Of a stretch of DNA of 64,000 nucleotides, positions 59,842-64,000 are shown in pieces. The position numbers and the translations under genes were made by a program. The notes under the pieces are model-generated. The model saw only the letters and a program-made list of their open reading frames with translations, ran no database searches and was not told the origin of the DNA. Positions within the stretch are counted from its first letter, which is position 1; each line of letters begins with the position of its first letter. Source of the stretch: Thermodesulfobacteriota bacterium (GTDB taxonomy: Bacteria > Desulfobacterota_D > UBA1144 > Nemesobacterales > Mycalebacteriaceae); NCBI GenBank assembly GCA_965205855.1, contig OZ242184.1, positions 1,152,001 to 1,216,000 of the forward strand, in the 5' to 3' direction.

Positions 59842-61698
59842 ATGAAACAGGTTGGGCGCGGCAAAAAAAGGGATGTAAAACCGGTCTCTGGAAGGTTCGG
59901 TGAAGTTTCCGCTACGCAGTGGCGGCAATCCATAGAGAAAGGCCTAAAGAAAGGAGAATACGAAAGAAAACTTGTCTGGCGTCCCGCGGACGGTATGGCT
60001 GTTGAGCCGTTTTACTGTGCCGCGCACACGCGGGGGCTTTCCCTTTCCCCCGCCCCCGCCCCCGGAAACTTTCCGTTCACACGCGAAGAGGCTCGGTGGA
60101 TGATGTGCGAGGATATTCCTCCCGTATCCGCGGCGCGCGCGGCGAAACTGGCGCGCGACGGAATTGAAGGCGGAGCGGATTGGGTGTTTTTCAGGGAAGC
60201 GAAAATCCGCTCTTCTGAGGAAGTCGAAAAACTGCTTGCTGGAATTGACCCCTCAGAAGCGGGCGTCTGCTTCGCACCCGGAGACGGCGGGATTGAACAG
60301 GCGGAGACGGTCGCGGATTTTGCCGCGAAAACCGGCGCGGAACTGAAGGGGTTTGTGCTTTGCGACCCACTCGGCTGCCGGCAAAGCGGCGAAAACCGGA
60401 AAGGAGAAATCAAACGGCTCGCGAAACTGGTTCACCGTTTTGCGGACGCATCAGACGGCTACGGTTGTGTAGGCATTTCCGGCGCGCGGTTCCGGGCTGC
60501 GGGGGCAAACGCGGTGGAGGAGACAGCGTTTGCCCTCGCGCTCGGCGCGGAATATCTTGTCACGCTGGGAGAAAACGGCGTGCCCGCGCGCAAAGCGGCG
60601 ATGGCGGCGGTTTTCCATTTCTCCGCCGATTCAGTTTTTTTCATGGAGATAGCGCGTCTTCGCGCCGCGCGCGCCGTGTGGGCTCACATAGTGGAGCGTT
60701 TTGACCACGGGGCGGAGGGGCGGATGCGGATTCACGTTTCCCCGTCGCCCGTAAACAAATCGGTCTGCGACCCCGAAGTGAATATATTGAGGGCAACCGG
60801 CGAGGCGATGGCGGCGGTGATAGGGGGCTGCAACTCGCTTTCAATACCGGCTTTTGACCGGAGGTATGCGACGGATACGAAAAAATCCCAGATGCTTGCG
60901 AGAAACACGCAGTTGATACTCAGAGAGGAATGCGGGCTGGACCGGGTCGCCGACCCGTGCGCGGGCTCGTATTACACCGACGTTCTGACCGACAAAGTCG
61001 CGGACGCCGTATTGCGGCTTTTTCTGGAGATTGAGCAACGCGGGGGTTTTCTCAAATGCGCCGGGAACGGGTTCATTTCAGAGCACGTGGCGCGTGGCGC
61101 GAGGGAGAGAAGGGAAAAAATCGCGGCGGGAACGGAGCCGCTTATCGGTGTGAACAAATATCCCATTGAGGGCGAACAGGTTTTGGACAGGCTTAAAAGA
61201 GGGAAAAACCTCTGCGCGGGCGCGGAGTTCGAGCGCATGAGGGCGACGACCGAGAAGCGCGCGCGGGAGAGAGGAGGAAAATTCCCCTCCGTGCTGCTTA
61301 TAAAAACCGGCGACCCGGCAATGCGTAGCGCGAGGGCGGTGTTTGCGGCAAACTTTTTCGCCGTCGCGGGCTTTGAGATAAGAGACGGCGGAGAATTCAA
61401 CCGCGCGGGGGATGCCCGGCGCGTAGCGCTCAAAAGCGACGCGGACATCTTTGTTCTCTGCGCCGAGGACGGCGGGTATGCGGAGTTTGCCCCGCCCTTT
61501 GCCGCTGGTGTGAAAAAGGAAAGAAAGGATGCCGTTATTGTAATTGCGGGCAATCCGGCGGAAGAAGACCGTAGCCTGTTTCTGAATGCGGGGGTTGACG
61601 AGTTTATAAACACCCGCTCAAACATCCTGCAAACCCTGAGAAAGATGTCCAATGCGGCGGGAGCGGCAGAAAAGGGAAAAGGCGGCAAAAAGAGATGA
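59842..61698 (+). CDS. mutA: methylmalonyl-CoA mutase small (beta) subunit
   Basis: degenerate mutase fold: [46 protein letters not shown]; no DxH B12 motif. Confidence 0.85.
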   Translation: MKQVGRGKKRDVKPVSGRFGEVSATQWRQSIEKGLKKGEYERKLVWRPADGMAVEPFYCAAHTRGLSLSPAPAPGNFPFTREEARWMMCEDIPPVSAARAAKLARDGIEGGADWVFFREAKIRSSEEVEKLLAGIDPSEAGVCFAPGDGGIEQAETVADFAAKTGAELKGFVLCDPLGCRQSGENRKGEIKRLAKLVHRFADASDGYGCVGISGARFRAAGANAVEETAFALALGAEYLVTLGENGVPARKAAMAAVFHFSADSVFFMEIARLRAARAVWAHIVERFDHGAEGRMRIHVSPSPVNKSVCDPEVNILRATGEAMAAVIGGCNSLSIPAFDRRYATDTKKSQMLARNTQLILREECGLDRVADPCAGSYYTDVLTDKVADAVLRLFLEIEQRGGFLKCAGNGFISEHVARGARERREKIAAGTEPLIGVNKYPIEGEQVLDRLKRGKNLCAGAEFERMRATTEKRARERGGKFPSVLLIKTGDPAMRSARAVFAANFFAVAGFEIRDGGEFNRAGDARRVALKSDADIFVLCAEDGGYAEFAPPFAAGVKKERKDAVIVIAGNPAEEDRSLFLNAGVDEFINTRSNILQTLRKMSNAAGAAEKGKGGKKR

Positions 61699-63842
61699 GA
61701 CCCGATTTTTCATCAATCAAACTGCGACGGTCGGGAGGACACTCAAAACGCGCGGGTAAAAGCCGGATATTTGAGACCCCGGAGGGAATAGAGGTAAAAG
61801 ATATCTTTACGCAAAAGGACGCCGAGGGGCTCAAGCACACGGCGGGAGCCGCCGCCGGAGAGCCGCCGTTTCTAAGGGGTCCCTACTCCACAATGTATGT
61901 GGCAAGGCCGTGGACTATAAGGCAGTATGCCGGATTTTCAACCGCGGAGGATTCAAACAGGTTCTATCGCAAAAACCTCGCGGCCGGACAAAAGGGGCTT
62001 TCGGTCGCGTTTGATCTGCCGACACACAGGGGATACGACTCCGACCACGAAAGGGTAATCGGCGATGTAGGAAAAGCCGGAGTCGCGGTGGATTCGGTGC
62101 TTGATATGAAAAAACTTTTTGACGGCATACCGCTTGACGAAATATCGGTGTCAATGACGATGAACGGAGCCGTTCTGCCAGTAATGGCGTTCTACATAGT
62201 CGCGGCGAGAGAGCAGGGAGTGGCGGAGGATAAACTCAGCGGCACGATTCAAAACGATATTCTCAAGGAGTTTATGGTCAGAAATACCTACATATATCCG
62301 CCCGAATTCTCAATGAAAATAGTGGCGGATATCTTCAAATACACATCAAAAAATATGCCCCGCTTCAACTCCATAAGCGTAAGCGGCTACCACATGCAGG
62401 AAGCCGGCGCGACCGCGGATATTGAGCTTGCGTATACCCTCGCGGACGGGTTGGAATATGTCCGTGCGGGAATAAACGCCGGGCTGGATATAGATGATTT
62501 CGCGCCGAGAATCTCCTTTTTCTGGGGAATTGGGATGAACCATTTTATGGAAATAGCGAAAATGAGAGCCGGGCGCGTACTGTGGGCGGAAATGATGAGC
62601 GGATTCAAGCCCTCCAACCCGAAATCGCTCGCGCTCAGAACGCACTGCCAGACTTCGGGATGGAGTCTGACCGAGCAACTTCCGTATAACAACGTCGTGC
62701 GCACATGCACCGAGGCAATCGCCGCGGTAATGGGGGGAACGCAGTCGCTCCACACAAACGCGCTGGACGAGGCAATCGCACTGCCAACCAATTTTTCCGC
62801 AAGAGTAGCGCGCAACACGCAGATATACATACAGGAGGAAACGGCAATATGCAGAGCGATAGACCCATGGGGCGGCTCGTTTTATGTGGAAAGTCTAACG
62901 GACGCGCTTGTACGCAAGGCGCGGAGGTTGATTGAAGAGGTTGAGAAACTCGGCGGGATGACGGCGGCGATAGAAACGGGCATCCCAAAAATGAGAATAG
63001 AAGAAGCTGCCGCGAAAAAACAGGCGAGAATAGATTCGGGGCTGGAGACCATAGTGGGAGTCAACAGGTTCGCGCAAAGCGATGACGGGCAGATGGAGCT
63101 GCTTGAAGTTGACAACACAAAGGTGAGGGAATCTCAGATAAAAAGCATCGGGTGCATAAAGAAAGAGCGGAATTCAAAGGCGGTCGGGACAGCTTTGCGC
63201 AAGATAACAAAATGCGCCGAAACCGGACGCGGAAACCTGCTCGCCCTCGCGGTGGATGCGGCGGCAAAGCGGGCTACTCTCGGTGAAATATCGGACGCGT
63301 GCGAAAAGGTTTGTGGCCGTTATGCACCCGTAACGCGGACAATATCGGGAGTCTATTCGTCCGAGATAAGTAAAGACCCGGCTTTTTACAAAGCAAGGCG
63401 GCTTACCGGAGAGTTTGCCGCAATTGAAGGAAGAAGGCCGCGGATACTGATTGCGAAAACTGGGCAGGACGGGCACGACCGGGGAGCGAAAGTAATTGCG
63501 ACAAGTTTTTCCGATATGGGTTTTGAGGTGGAGATGGGCCCGCTTTTCAGCACGCCGGACGAAGTGGCGCGTCTCGCGCTTGACGAAGACGCACACATAG
63601 TCGGGGTGTCCAGTCTCGCTGCGGGACACAAAACCCTGATACCGGAGATAATCTCGGCGTTGAAAAAATACGGACGCGATGACATCGTTGTGGTCGCAGG
63701 CGGGGTGATACCGCGAAAAGATTACAAATTCCTCAAAGACGCGGGAGTGTCTCATATTTTTGGGCCCGGAACCGTCATATCGGACGCGGCGGCGGAGATA
63801 ATCAAACCCGTTCTTGCACGTGCGAAAAAGAACATGACATGA
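61695..63842 (+). CDS. scpA: methylmalonyl-CoA mutase large (catalytic) subunit
   Basis: [48 protein letters not shown]. Confidence 0.95.
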   Translation: MRPDFSSIKLRRSGGHSKRAGKSRIFETPEGIEVKDIFTQKDAEGLKHTAGAAAGEPPFLRGPYSTMYVARPWTIRQYAGFSTAEDSNRFYRKNLAAGQKGLSVAFDLPTHRGYDSDHERVIGDVGKAGVAVDSVLDMKKLFDGIPLDEISVSMTMNGAVLPVMAFYIVAAREQGVAEDKLSGTIQNDILKEFMVRNTYIYPPEFSMKIVADIFKYTSKNMPRFNSISVSGYHMQEAGATADIELAYTLADGLEYVRAGINAGLDIDDFAPRISFFWGIGMNHFMEIAKMRAGRVLWAEMMSGFKPSNPKSLALRTHCQTSGWSLTEQLPYNNVVRTCTEAIAAVMGGTQSLHTNALDEAIALPTNFSARVARNTQIYIQEETAICRAIDPWGGSFYVESLTDALVRKARRLIEEVEKLGGMTAAIETGIPKMRIEEAAAKKQARIDSGLETIVGVNRFAQSDDGQMELLEVDNTKVRESQIKSIGCIKKERNSKAVGTALRKITKCAETGRGNLLALAVDAAAKRATLGEISDACEKVCGRYAPVTRTISGVYSSEISKDPAFYKARRLTGEFAAIEGRRPRILIAKTGQDGHDRGAKVIATSFSDMGFEVEMGPLFSTPDEVARLALDEDAHIVGVSSLAAGHKTLIPEIISALKKYGRDDIVVVAGGVIPRKDYKFLKDAGVSHIFGPGTVISDAAAEIIKPVLARAKKNMT

Positions 63843-64000
63843 TTGAAAAAGCGGACAAGCACGACATTGACGCTATTATGGATATGGAGAAAATGTGCTT
63901 TGACCGGGACGCATGGCCCCGAAGGATGATTGAGGAGGAAATCGCGGGCGGAACGGGACGGCGCGCGAGAGTCGTAAGGGATAAAAACGGCACGGCGGTC
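63839..64000 (+). CDS. GNAT N-acetyltransferase (RimI-like), truncated by window end
   Basis: ATGA overlap; [34 protein letters not shown] matches the RimI-type D..AI..E..F...W pattern. Confidence 0.65.
   Translation, partial: MIEKADKHDIDAIMDMEKMCFDRDAWPRRMIEEEIAGGTGRRARVVRDKNGTAV

Overview
This is a gene-dense bacterial chromosomal segment that is mostly housekeeping: rapZ/PTS-IIA, trpS, rpsB-tsf-pyrH-frr, serS, panBCD, aroB/aroF, purN, rpsU-dnaG-rpoD and uppS-dxr-rseP. It also has two CCA-less tRNAs (Arg-ACG, Ser-TGA) and a stand-alone 5S rRNA. A dispersed ethylmalonyl-CoA pathway (ccr, ecm, mcd, mcl, two-subunit mcm) is present, with a cobamide salvage/remodelling operon (FTR1-cobT-cobS-cbiR-cobU). 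Gene style suggests a deltaproteobacteria-like or Dadabacteria-like organism, but this is weak inference only. The most unusual structure is an AT-rich island at 2.45-8.04 kb with no integrase in it. It consists of successive defence-like cassettes (ABC-ATPase + TOPRIM-like DUF4276; HicBA + a truncated helicase; a membrane-anchored helicase-nuclease-Zn-ribbon protein). Each cassette follows an in-frame copy of the 3' end of the NagD-like gene, and the three copies end in three different stop codons. Other oddities are a dnaG-linked sigma70 with substitutions at near-invariant promoter-melting residues, an ATC-initiated panD, a sulfite reductase whose C-terminus is encoded antisense to tRNA-Arg, and an unknown class II aldolase-like protein in a lipid operon. 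All calls come from manual motif recognition; no searches were run.
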